DNA of 64,000 bases from Lama glama (taxonomy: Eukaryota): contig CM052817.1 of NCBI GenBank assembly GCA_028534125.1, forward strand, positions 76,882,001 to 76,946,000, read 5' to 3'. Position 1 is the first letter of the stretch; each line of letters begins with the position of its first letter. The notes beneath the pieces were generated by a model. That model saw nothing but the letters and a program-made list of their open reading frames with translations, was not told the origin of the DNA and did no database searches. This document shows positions 40,970 through 52,745 of this stretch, in pieces. A program made the translations under genes and the position numbers.

Positions 40970-43900
40970 GTAAGTACTTTGAGTTATTTTCCAAATAAAT
41001 AATGAAGAATGACAGGGCAGATGACAAAGAGGCCAGGGTTTTGGTAGTTATCAGCCAAATCAATATGAAGTCTCAGTTCTAAGACAGCAGTAAAAACTAA
41101 GTGGAACCACATCTAGAAATGGGGCAAACTAATTCTACAGGTGGTAATGACATAAGAACTTACAGCAGAGCCAAGGAAGTGCTCCAGCAAACACTCTTCT
41201 GCATTGTAAAGTGATCAAAATCAGAGATTCCTGCTTTTATGCAGAGTAATATTTTACTATAAATCAATATTTAAATATAAACTATAAAACTCTCTTATTC
41301 TCAATGGGGCTAGTTTTTTGTTTTTTGGTTTTTTTCCATTTAGGTAACCATTACCTCTATTTTTTTTTTCCTATTTAAACTAAAAGTAGACACAAAATGG
41401 GAGAGGAATTAGGTAAGCAAACATGGTAATTGTTGGTACATTCACATTAGCTCTTGTCTTGCTGGGTCCTTAGGCTAGGACAGAGCAGCCTGTTTTAATG
41501 GGCCACTGTTCCTCCTTCCGATACCAATGTGCCAGCCCCAAAATGAACCATTTGTACTTATTCCCGCTTGAGGCAAGTATTATGAAGTTGTATAGAGAAA
41601 GAATTGATCGAAGTAAGATATATAAGGAAAAGAAGAGTTTTTTATTTCCCTTCTGAAAACCACTGACATAAAAGTAAAGCTGTGTTTATTTACAGTAAAT
41701 TTGTCCCTGACATTAGCAATATTCAAGACAAAAAAACTGTAATTTTCCAAATGTTGAAAAAAATTCTATCAGCATGAAAGTTGGATAAGATAGGGATAAA
41801 GAAAAAAATTTGAAAGACCCCTCTCTTGACCTTAATTGTATAGGTTTTAGGGAAAATATTAAAGTATTTCTCATCATCTACTTGTATTCAATAACTATTT
41901 CTCAGTTCCTAGAAAATGAGATAGAAGTAAGGGTAACTCATCTTTGGGCAAAATCAGCATATGTATTCAAAAATTAGGACAATGTGAGGTTGTGTGACAT
42001 TTGGCCTTTTGGAAGTTTATCAACCTTCATACCTCCAAAATATAAATAATTCTGATTTATATATCAGAAATAATCTGATTCTTCTAACTTCCTATTCTTT
42101 ACAAAGAATAAATACCTTTGGAATTATCTCACATGGCTTTCTTTTTCTCTATTTTCTCAATTCAGCCAGTAATATATAGGCAAAAGAGTTAAACCAATGC
42201 CTAATTATGAACTGAAAATTCAGTTAAAATATTTTAAATATCCTAACATTTTCACCAATAATTTTAAGACTCCTTTACTCCATAATCTGTAAAATTCTGA
42301 TGTTTTATATTTCCTTTCATCATAGAGCAATAGGACTATGAACAGGTAATAATCTGCTTTGGCACTTAACAAATTCCTGGTTGTATTGTAGTTTCAGAAC
42401 TTTCTAAACCAAATTAGTTTTATTTAACATGGAAGAAATTCAAAATTAGATCATTCATGTTCAATAGATTTATAATAAAGATTATATTTTTACTAATTAA
42501 AAAGCAAATCCTTTTCTTAATTGAAAAAAATTCTTGTAGTAAAGCTTATTTATGTTAATCTTGAACACTACTTTGGACTAAACTAACTGAACAAACTCTT
42601 TAAATGTTTAGCAGACCTTGCTACTTTTCAGGCCTTTATCAATCATATTTGGCAATTTTGTTTGTCTTACTGAGGGGATCTACAAGGAATAAAGGGGAAA
42701 AGAATTTCTCCATAAAAATTGTTCTTTCCTGATTCAGGAAACTTTCATTAGGTAATTATTTTCAGATAAACACTGATATTCAAAATAAATGACAGATCTT
42801 GTCAGACACCATAAAATATGCAAGGAATCCAAATTAACTTCACCTGACAAGCCAACTCCAATTTTGGGAAGCAGCTGTACTTCCCTAGAGATTTATGGTT
42901 AAGTTCACTCCTAGACTCAGCTCAAGTTTTGCCCAAGGGAAGACTGCTATCATTAGTTAGTGATGTTTGTCTTGCAGAACAGAGTGAGGAGTGGTGGCCT
43001 GTTTCCCATGAATTCTCCCTCCCAAAATGTTCTACTGTTACCAAAATATTTTTCACCGCTAAAGAAGAAAGTGTCAGCCATGTAAATTTAACACAAAGAG
43101 TTACAAAGACAATGTTAGTGCTGCATAGGAAAGAGAAAGCCTTCTCCAACTGAGTATTTCCAGAGTCACAGGCCTACACACCTCTGATGCGAGTTGGATG
43201 TAGAGATTTTGATTAACAGATTTTGAGGTTCAGGTGCATTTGGGAGGTGGGCCCATCAGACTATCTGAGCCTGGGACCACGAAGAATTCAATTCTTCTAA
43301 TTCTCTTTCTGATTCTAAACTTAACCAGCAACTTTCTGATTAGACTTTGCTTATATAGGAATTATATAGATTTGTACTCACTGGCACAGTAATTTGCAAT
43401 GCAATTTTATAAATCTTTCAGTTGGTGAATAGTTCCCATGTAACCTGTTAACGAGGAGAGTACCCTCTAATTGTACATATTTTAATATTTCAGCTCCTCT
43501 ATAATTTCCTGTTCTCCATCTCTTTATTCATAAGTTTCAACTGGCTTTGTTAATTTGACTCTGCCCCTGAGAGGTGGACACTGTCTCAGTGTACCAAATC
43601 AGATTTTAGACCCCATCAGACTCTGAAGTGTTTGTTGATTGATTCAGGAGGGTAATGAGAAATACCTTACAGATATAGCAGGGGAGAATGCTACTAGAAC
43701 TATCCCAGAGTCACTGTTAGCTACAGACACACAAGCACAACATTTCTACAAATCATGTACTACACCCACAAACAGTATTCTTGATCAATTTGTAGTGCGT
43801 CAAGTACCCTCATATATACTTCGAAAAATGTGAGAAAAAGTCTACTTGACACACCTATATAAAATAATATGTAAGGGGGTACTAAGAACTGAAATATATG

Positions 43901-44959
43901 AAGATGACAAAAAAGACTCATTGACAATGACTGCACCTGCCCTCAATAAATAGAACCTTATAAATTTACAACATATATACTTAGATTAAAAAACCACTAG
44001 TAAGTATACTGTCAATCTTAATATGAGTTTCCAGTTCCACCTATCTTAGGAAGATGTGATAATACTTAATCAGTGTGACAAATGGAATAGTTCTGAATTA
44101 GACATGATTGTTCCTCTTGTGGGAGCCATATTATCTTCTATTGCCTTGAAAAAAGATGGCCCCTTCCTGCTCCAGTGTTCTTATTTCTAATTACAAAACG
44201 TTCTGAGTCCTTGCTTATGTTCTAGTTCAATAAAAAGACTGTAGGTATTGAGTCATTAACGACTGATATCTGTGGAACGCTTTGCTTTCCTCCAACATGC
44301 TTGATAATAAAGTCAGTGCTTACTTTACTTAATAATCCAGAAGAGTTGTGGATTGCCAGAAGATTCATATTCTTGTTACACTTGCTTGGAAGTCAAGTGG
44401 AGAAATCCCTGACAATATAGCAATATTATAGCTCCTTCATCAAACTGCTAAACACCCCATACAAACAGCAACTAATTCCCTTATGCTCATGTTTTATTGA
44501 ATACTTTTTGTCTCTATGTTTCTCAATTTGATACAGCATCCATCCACCATACTCTCCCTACCCTCCTACCCAGTTCCCTGAAAGCCAAATCTAAGTTGTG
44601 TTTCTCTAATCAGAGAAAAATCATAAACACAGTGAATATGATGAATGTTTTGAACTGGGAGTAACACATGAGAGAATTACAATAAAAATAAAACAACAAA
44701 ATTCATACAAGAAGATATTAACCCACACTGAATTTTTTAAAAACCTATAATTTACATGTATAGGACTTAACATGTGCTTGTCTATAAAATCTAACAGGAA
44801 ACAACGTTTTTTCCTAACAGGAAATTTTATGTTTCTTTCTTTGCTTATTTTCTAATCCTGGAAAACACTTTAATAACAGAAAACCTTTTATTGAAAAATA
44901 AATGATCAACAAAAACAATTTTGAATAGTAGAAAAATAATTCCCGAGCATGCCTAATTA

Positions 44960-45076
44960 TGAGTATCAGGTCTAGACTTAATGCGTCGGAACCTCCTGTG
45001 GACACTTTTGGGAATCTGCATACTTATCATGACCTTTAGGTGATTTTTATGGTCAGGCAAATTTGGGAAACACTGC
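44960..45076. mobile_element. Partial MER5-type MITE
   Basis: gggaatctgcatactt...aggtgatttttatggtcaggcaaatttgggaaacactg, similar to 4400-4462. Confidence 0.6.
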
Positions 45077-48000
45077 AGAAGAAAAAAATGGAGAAATAAT
45101 TTTGGTAATCAGAGATTACCAAAAACTGCCATGAAAATTGTGGGCCTATGATCAAGGTATGAGAATTGAAAATGAGCCCAAATGTGCAGTAGGATTTTTA
45201 AAAAAACAATGAGAACGAGTATCTTTCTTGGTGACCAGAGAACTCTAGTTTGATTTAGAGTTTAAAATAGCGGTAACTCCTGTTTATCCTTTAAAACTTA
45301 GCTTAAGGGTCACCTTTCTCAGGAAACTATCTCTACTCTGGTTTAGAAGCACCTCTTTGTGTTCCCACCACATCCTCTACAGACTTTTTCAAAATACTTA
45401 CTACTCTGCGTTGTAAGTGCGGGTTTGCTATTAGGCTGTTTGCTTCTTGTGGTAGAGAATGTCTTTTAACTCCAAAACCATCCCAGTGCCTCAACATGAT
45501 GCCTTGTACCTAGTTTCTATTTGTCATATATTAAGGAAGAGAAATTGACTTCTCTAATGACCTGGTACAAAAACAAAAAATAAAAATAAAAACAACAAAA
45601 CAGTAAATCTAAAAGGTAAGGAAATCTGGGTCCTGATGATTCTCAAATCAAAAGCATAAGTAAAGCCTGTATCATGAGTTGGATGCAGCTGAATTATGTA
45701 TTGTTGTGTACTGTTCTGCACACATGCGGTTGTCTCTTCTGTACAGACTCTTGTTTTCATGGAGTTCATCTGGGTGAAGGACTGGAGAGTCCCTCCAGTT
45801 ACCTCAGCTAATGCAAGTGTGGGATTCCAGAAGGCTGAACACTCAGGATCCATAGGATTTGAAGGGTTCTTCTGAGTCTAAAGCAGATTCAGGGTCCAAA
45901 AAATGATTTTGATCTTGCCTAAGTGCTTTAATACAAACACAACAGATGCTTTTCATGTGTCTGAGTATCTTGTTTTTGTACTACTAACTCCACACTCCAT
46001 ACTCTTTGTCTGCCTCAAAAGTGCTGCTTGTTTATGGCTTCTGCACCTTCATTAATTCACGTTACCCATGGCCCAATGTGACTGCATGACACATTTTCCA
46101 TATAAGATTCAGCTTCATTTCTAACTTGGGGCCTCATCCTCTTGTGGTGCCTCAGGTCAAATTCCCAGCAAGGGTTGAGTCAGCCAGTGTCAGTCAGGCC
46201 TGCTGTGAAATGACTGTTCATGATTATGGACCCCTACAAGTTCCTCCAATCCCCATTCTAAACTATGACTAGCCAGTGGGCTCCCTGAGGACTGTTCTTT
46301 CAGCAAAATCTTGGAGGGGGCAGGTACTGTGACTACAGTCTCACCTGAATCTGGATCCTGTGGGAAAAACCAGTATGGTCTCAGCCAATTCCAGAGATTT
46401 GGGAGTAAGCTGAACCTCTCTGGAGAAGGCCTAAAGCTTAATTATGAAGCTTGTAATGTTCAAGTAAGTAGCTCTTTTAGGTAGGACCAATTCATTACAT
46501 TCATCATTTTATTATCTGTCTTGCTTTTAGGATGCAAGTTCCAAGATGGCATGTACATCTTGTGTTTTGTTTTCTCTTATCCTCAGACTAGGAAAAGTTC
46601 CTGGCATGTAATATGTGCTTAAAAAAAAATTTCATAAGTGAATGAATGAACTTAAATATCCAACAACAGGGGTGGGGGTACTAGAAGAGCAAATTATGCC
46701 CCCGCCATAGTGGAATACATTCAGACATTTTAAAACACATCGTTTAATAATTTTTAATGACATAGGTAAATTCAGATATGTTCACTGAAAAAAGTAAGTT
46801 ACTAGAAAATTAGATATGAGCATAGAAACAAACTAGAAGGAATGCAACACAATGTTAGCAATGGTTGCCCTAGATCACAGGATTAAAGATGGTTTTCATT
46901 GTCTTCTTTTGTCTGATTTTTGTAAAATGTCTACATTGAACATCAATTACTATTAAAACCAGTGCACACGCACACAAACACACACACAGACTTAAAAACA
47001 ACAATAATAAAGAATTATCTAACATTAACAGTGAAGAATATAAATGTAATTATTTACTTAGTGCTATATCAGGGGTAGAATTAATACTTACTCAGATCCA
47101 GTTGTTCCCTATCTATAAGTCTCATATATCAACTAACACCTACCTCACTGCATGGCTATTTGGGTATATATACATCTTTTCTCCTATATGAGGGGGCATC
47201 TGGCAGGAATGATTTATGTGTGTTTCATTTTTGTTCTTCCATTGTGTGTAGATCAGTGTTTTGACTCTAGTAAAAGGTTATTAAGTGTTTTTTAAATGAT
47301 TTACTAAATGCCAGGATAGTTATGCTTTAGGGGCAACACTTGACTTACAGCATGTCCAAATGTGAGTAATAGCAAGGCTGGTTTTAATAAAACAGTATAC
47401 TTCTGGCAGATTCTCTGCTTTCAAGAAAGAGTGAAATTCAGGATCCAGGAAATTTTTAAGTGGCCCTAAATGTTTGGCAGGTTTTTACAAGTGATGGTGA
47501 ATTAGCCTGACATGAAATAATAGACAATTAAAGCTGGAAAGAACCACAAAACTCATCTACTCAATCATCTCATTTCAGGCTCAAGGTCACTCCTGTATTC
47601 TTCTGCTGAGAACCCCATCTTTCTTGACTCTGAGTTTAGGGCTTCTACCTCTACACCACGGTGCCTCTGCACTCCTGGGTAAACTGGCCTTAATGTGATA
47701 CACATTACCTCTAAATGTGACTCAGTGGTCTGTACCAGGAAAATGTGCCAATGGTTTAAAATCTCTGGCCAATTATCTAGAAAAAAGCAACCCATCTCCA
47801 TGTTGAGTAAAAACCAAAAAAAAAGTGCTTTTTTAAAAAGCTATAATAAGCAGTTATAGCTAAAGGAAAATGTCGACTGTACTTTTCAAGAACTATGAAC
47901 ATTAACTGTGCACTTTTTTATCTTAAAACAATACTTGTTGACATTACTTATAAATTGATAAGACTTTATTCTTTAATTTTTAAAATTTATTTTTATTAGA

Positions 48001-48941
48001 CTTTCAAACTTATAAATTCAACATATTTTATTTCATTTATTTCCTACTTTCTTTATCAGCCCTATTTTTCTATCAAGGTTCTTCATGACTAACTGTGGTA
48101 TTATATAATTACTTGCCACTGTGAGATTTAGAATACCACAAGAAAGCATGATTCAGTCTTTTTGATTCTATGGTTAAGAAAAATAGGAGTATGATAAACT
48201 CTCAAGTCATTGAAATGGATATTTTTAAGAAATCTAAGAATATAGATATTAAGTTAAAGAAATCAGTATTATATTCTTATTTAATCCTTTTATAGCTTCA
48301 TATAACACAGAGGATAAATTTTAAAAATCTTTCACTTGGAAAAAAAATTAAATCTGGCTCCTACCCTTTATGGTTTCTTCTTTCACATACATACCTTTCA
48401 TCCCACCCATAGAGAAGAATTTATAGTTCCCTAAACAGGACCTGTTATCTCGCTCTGTGCCTTAAAGTGCTACTGCTTTGGGTTGGAATGCCTTCCAGTA
48501 AATCTGAGCTCATATATCATCTTTTTATAGAACACTTCCCCCAACTCTCCAGTTTCTCCTGTGTTCTCATAGCACCCAAGCCTAACCCTAACATAACTTG
48601 CCCCCAGTACTATAATCAGTTATTTTTCTCATCCAATAGTTTGTACATTCCTTGATAGAAAGTATCATGTCTTATTTTACCTTATAATCAAGATAGACTG
48701 CAAAATTTTTGGTGCATAGTAGGTTCCCAATGAATGACAGTACGTTAACTTACCATGCCTGTATGTGTACTGTTCCTTTAATTTGAAGGAAAATCTAGTT
48801 GCCTTGGAAGTACCTAATCACAGAATTCACTTGACTCAAGAGACTTCGCATTCCTGGGCTTTCATTTTTTTCCCAACATGGCATCCAGAGGGATCCTTTT
48901 GAAAGTCATTAAATTTATGAAAAGATGTCAGTTTCATTCAT

Positions 48942-49672
48942 AGTGGTACAGCTGCTATGGAAAACAGTATGGAGTTTCCTCAAAAATTAAAAATAAGGGG
49001 GGGAGGGTATAGCTCAAGTGGTAGAGCACATGATTAGCATACACAAGGTCCTGGGTTCAATCCCCAGTACCTTCTCCAAAAATAAATAAATAAACCTAAT
49101 TACCTCCCCCACCAAAAATTAAAAATAGAACTACTGTATGATCCAGCAATCCTACTTCTGGATATTTTTCCAGAAGAATTAAAAACAGGATTTCAAAGAA
49201 ATATTCGCTGTCCTGTGTTCATTGCAGCATTGTTCTCAATGGCCAAAAGGTAAAAACAACTTAAGTGTCTGTCAACAGGTGAATGAATAAAGAAAATGTG
49301 GTATATATGTACAATGGAATATTAGTCAGCCTTAGAGAGGAAGGAATTCTTGTCATATGCTATAACGTGAATGAAACTTGAGGACATTATATGCTAAGTG
49401 AAATAAGCTAGTTACCAAAAGACAAATACCGCATGATTCCACTTGTGTGAGGTATCTACAGTAGTCCAACTCATAGAAACAAGGTAGTATGGTGGTTTTC
49501 AGAAGCCAGGGAAAGGGAGAATGGGGAGTTGCTATTCAGTGGGTACAGAGTTTCAGCCACGAAAGTTCTAGAGATCTGTGGTACAACAATATGCATATAC
49601 TCTACCTTACATTTAAAAATTTGCTAAAAGGGTAGATTTCTTGTTATATTTTTTTAATTACAGGTTTTTTTA
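48942..49672 (+). mobile_element. L1 (L1MA/MB-like) 3' fragment, interrupted by a SINE
   Basis: tggtacagctgctatggaaaacagtatggag...atgatccagcaatcctacttctgg...tgttcattgcagcatt...atgctaagtgaaataagc...aaagttctagagatctg. Confidence 0.93.
48996..49112 (+). mobile_element. Camelid vic-1-type SINE, long form, nested in L1
   Basis: ggggagggtatagctcaagtggtagagcac...ggtcctgggttcaatccccagtacc...aaacctaattacctccccc. Perfect 15-bp TSD CAAAAATTAAAAATA at 48981-48995 and 49113-49127. Confidence 0.95.
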
Positions 49673-49930
49673 AGTAAAAGAACTTAAAAATATCTTTTTG
49701 TATTTTTGACAGTACATTTTTAACAGGAATCTAAACATGAAGAAACAAATCCTAAAATTCTATAAAACAAACATCCCAGACTCTTCCAAAAAGGTATCAT
49801 GTTTTTAAAAAGTACAGGAGGATTATTCTAGTGTAAAAGAAACCAAAAGATGTAATAACCTAATATAATTTATAAATCTTAAGCATTCATTGAATCCTGA
49901 ATTTTTTTAATATATTAAAGTCATTTTTCT

Positions 49931-50083
49931 TTTCTTTTTTTGTTTTTTTAATTTTTTTTTTGTGGGGAGGGTAATTAGGTTTGTTTGTTTATTTGTTTGT
50001 TTTTAGAGGAGGTACCAGGGATTGAACCCAGGACCTCATGCATGCTAGGCATGTGCTCTACCACTTAAGTTATACCTTTCCAC
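49931..50083 (-). mobile_element. Camelid vic-1-type SINE, long form
   Basis: ggggagggtaattaggttt...ggggattgaacccaggacctc-like...ctctaccacttaagttatacc. Perfect 14-bp TSD AAAGTCATTTTTCT at 49917-49930 and 50084-50097. Confidence 0.95.
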
Positions 50084-50099
50084 AAAGTCATTTTTCTAA

Positions 50100-50595
50100 T
50101 GATTACCGTTGGATAGCAAAATACCCCAAAACACAATGGCCTAAAAAAATTAATTATTTTATTATCTCTCATGGTTTCTGTAGGTCAGAATTCAGCAGGG
50201 GCTAGACTGGGTGGCTCTAGCCTCCAGTGTCTTGAGGTTGCAGTCAGCTGGTGACTGGAGCTGGAATCCAGGCAGCTGGAGCAGCTGCAAGCTGGCAGGA
50301 CATCTCTTCACAGTGTCTCAAGGCTTTGTCACGGGATCCCTCCCCAAGGGCTTCTGGGGGCTTCCTCACAGCAGGATGGCCTCGGGGCTGTCATATGGCT
50401 TTAGGGCTCATGAAGCATCAGGGCAACAAAGGCAGCAGCAGAATCGCCTGGGTTTCAGAAGTCACAGCAGCATTTCTGCTTCACAGAAGCCTGCCCACAT
50501 TCAAAGGTTAGATTCCACCTTTTTACAGGAGAGTGACAAAGTCCTAGAAGAGAAATGATTGTGGAAGCCATCTTTGGAAAATATAACTTACTGCA
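50100..50595 (-). mobile_element. MLT1-family MaLR solo LTR
   Basis: aaataccccaaaacacaatggcctaaaa...ttattatctctcatggtttctgtaggtcagaattcagcagggg...gggcttcctcacagcaggatggcc...gccatctttggaaaatataa. Confidence 0.8.
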
Positions 50596-52329
50596 GATAA
50601 TTATGAGACAGGGAAATTTAAATCTGGACTGTGCAATAGATGATACTGAATTAATTATGTCTTCTAAAAGAGGTGATATTTGATTTTATAGTAAAATGTA
50701 TGTGTTCTTAGATGATGCATGCTAAGGGATTTAGTGGTAGTGTCTTGATATCTGCAACTTATTTTCATATGATTTAGCAAAATGACAGGTATATTTAAGA
50801 GAGAAAGAAAGAAAACATGAAGCAAATGTAGTGAAATGTAAGCAAGTGGAGAATAGATGATGAATGTACAGATGTTCACTGTCCTAATTATTCGCTTTTC
50901 TTTAGGTTTATAATATGCTTCTCAAATAATTGAGTGGGAAATAACATGTAAGTCATATTACGTTATTTCTCTGCTCACATCCTCCAAACCTCCCTCTTCA
51001 GAGTAGAAGCTAATATCCTTAACATGACCTGCAAGATCCCATGTAGTCCCCAGCCCTTTCCTCCCTGATACCATCTCCAGGCAGAGGAAACAGCAAGTAC
51101 AAAAGCCCCTTGAGTGCACTTGGCATGATGAGAAACAGCAAGTTGCTTACAATGTCCTTTAGTAATTGATGCCTCTTAAACACCTTCTTCGTAAATCCTT
51201 GTGCACGCATCTTAGAGAGTTTCCAATCTGATGTGAAACCTCAATTCCCTGCCTACTCATTTCCTTCTTGGTTGTAGGAACTTCAGCCCTAGAGAACTCA
51301 GTTGAAGCCACGCCATTTCTCACTATCCCAAAAATGCCTGAGGATTTGGTTTAGGAAAGAGAAATCAGAGCCAACCAGGAAATTTTAAGAAGGTTCCCAG
51401 TTGTATTCAAATTGGGATTTCACCGACTTGGTATTCCGCTCAGGATGCTTGATACCCAGTCTTAATCTTACCTCCAGGGCATATCGTCTTGTATTATATT
51501 TGAGGTTTAGATTGTCTAAGCAAGCCCTGTAGTAATCAGTAGGTTCTTAACAAGATTTTACTTTGCAGGATTTAATCCACTGGCTTTCTTGCTTGGCTGC
51601 CTTTGGCTAATGCTCCGTGTTCTGTCGGACCTCACTTGCCTGTGGCCCTAGAGCATGGTGCTGCCTGTCATAGACATCAGTGATTTCCCCTCTTGGATGG
51701 AGGCCATCACAGAAGCCATGTTTTCATAGGATATATTTGTTCCTGGTGTTTCAGTCTTAGGTCTCAGCAGGATTGTGGTTCTTTCTGAAGGTCTTATGAT
51801 AACTGTCTCTGGGGGAGGAATTAGTCTCACAGATAATTGGGCCTTTGATTCCCAAGATGAGTAGGTTGGCCACATTTTTCCTTCCAAACCAGTGAACCCT
51901 GTGTTAAGTAGGGCTTGCTGGTAAATTCAGTGTGTCAGGAACTCATGGGCAGATAAGGGGCCACTGAGCAGTGTAGGTTCTGGGACAACAGAGGAAAGGC
52001 ATACTCACCTTGGTTCTCCTGCAGAGTCTGTGCTCCCTTGTGTTCTTTTGTAAAATTCAATAACATTGGGAGTAATAATAATAATGACAACAACATAGGT
52101 CCCTCTTATTAGAAATTAGATACTTAATAGGCATTAGAAGTCAAGGTTCAAAAAGTATTACCAGGCCACCTGAGTGCTCAATGCATTGGTATCAGTAAAG
52201 TGAGCAAACCCCAGGTGAGATCGCCATCCACAGTGGAAAAGGCGGAGACATTCTTTTGGAGGAAACAGGACAGTTAAATGCCAGGGAGGCTTGGCTAGGT
52301 GTCCTCTGTGCTAAAATTATAATTCTGGG

Positions 52330-52745
52330 ATTGCCACTTTCCAACTTGGCAAAAGCCTTAAAAAAAATCTTTCTATCCTTTAATACTATAATTCCACTTC
52401 TAGGAACCTATCCTAGATACCGAAAAAAAGTGTTAACTGTAATGAGGAAAGAAAATGGAAATAAATAATGTCCAACTGAAGGGAAATGGGTAGATAAATT
52501 ATGTCCACTTACCATGCAGATTTTAAAATTTATGTGTATGAATAATTTGGCAGTAATGTGAGAAGGAAAAGATACATTACGTATAAATAGGATATAAAAT
52601 TATACATAAAGTATCAAAATTTTGTTTAAAAATACTATAAATAAAAATACTGAAAAGAAATGGATCTTTGGATGTTAGAAATTGAGAATTTTTTTCTTTC
52701 TGCTTTTCTGCATTTTACAGCTTTTCTTTAATGAGTTTTCATCAC
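52330..52745 (+). mobile_element. Very old L1 (L1ME-like) 3' fragment
   Basis: aattccacttctaggaacctatccta...aatggaaataaataatgtccaactgaagggaaatgggtagataaattatg. Confidence 0.6.

Larger units (their letters stand above)
49720..50925 (+). mobile_element. Old L1 (L1MC/MD-like) 3' fragment split by a SINE and an MLT1 LTR
   Basis: 5' part aaaattctataaaacaaacatcccagactcttc...; resumes near 50600 with gggaaatttaaatctggactgtgcaatagatgat...tgttcttagatgatgcatgctaa. Confidence 0.6.

Noticed and set aside
50211..50558. Overlapping 115-aa and 86-aa ORFs
   Set aside because: Both lie within the MLT1 LTR, where higher GC lowers stop-codon frequency.
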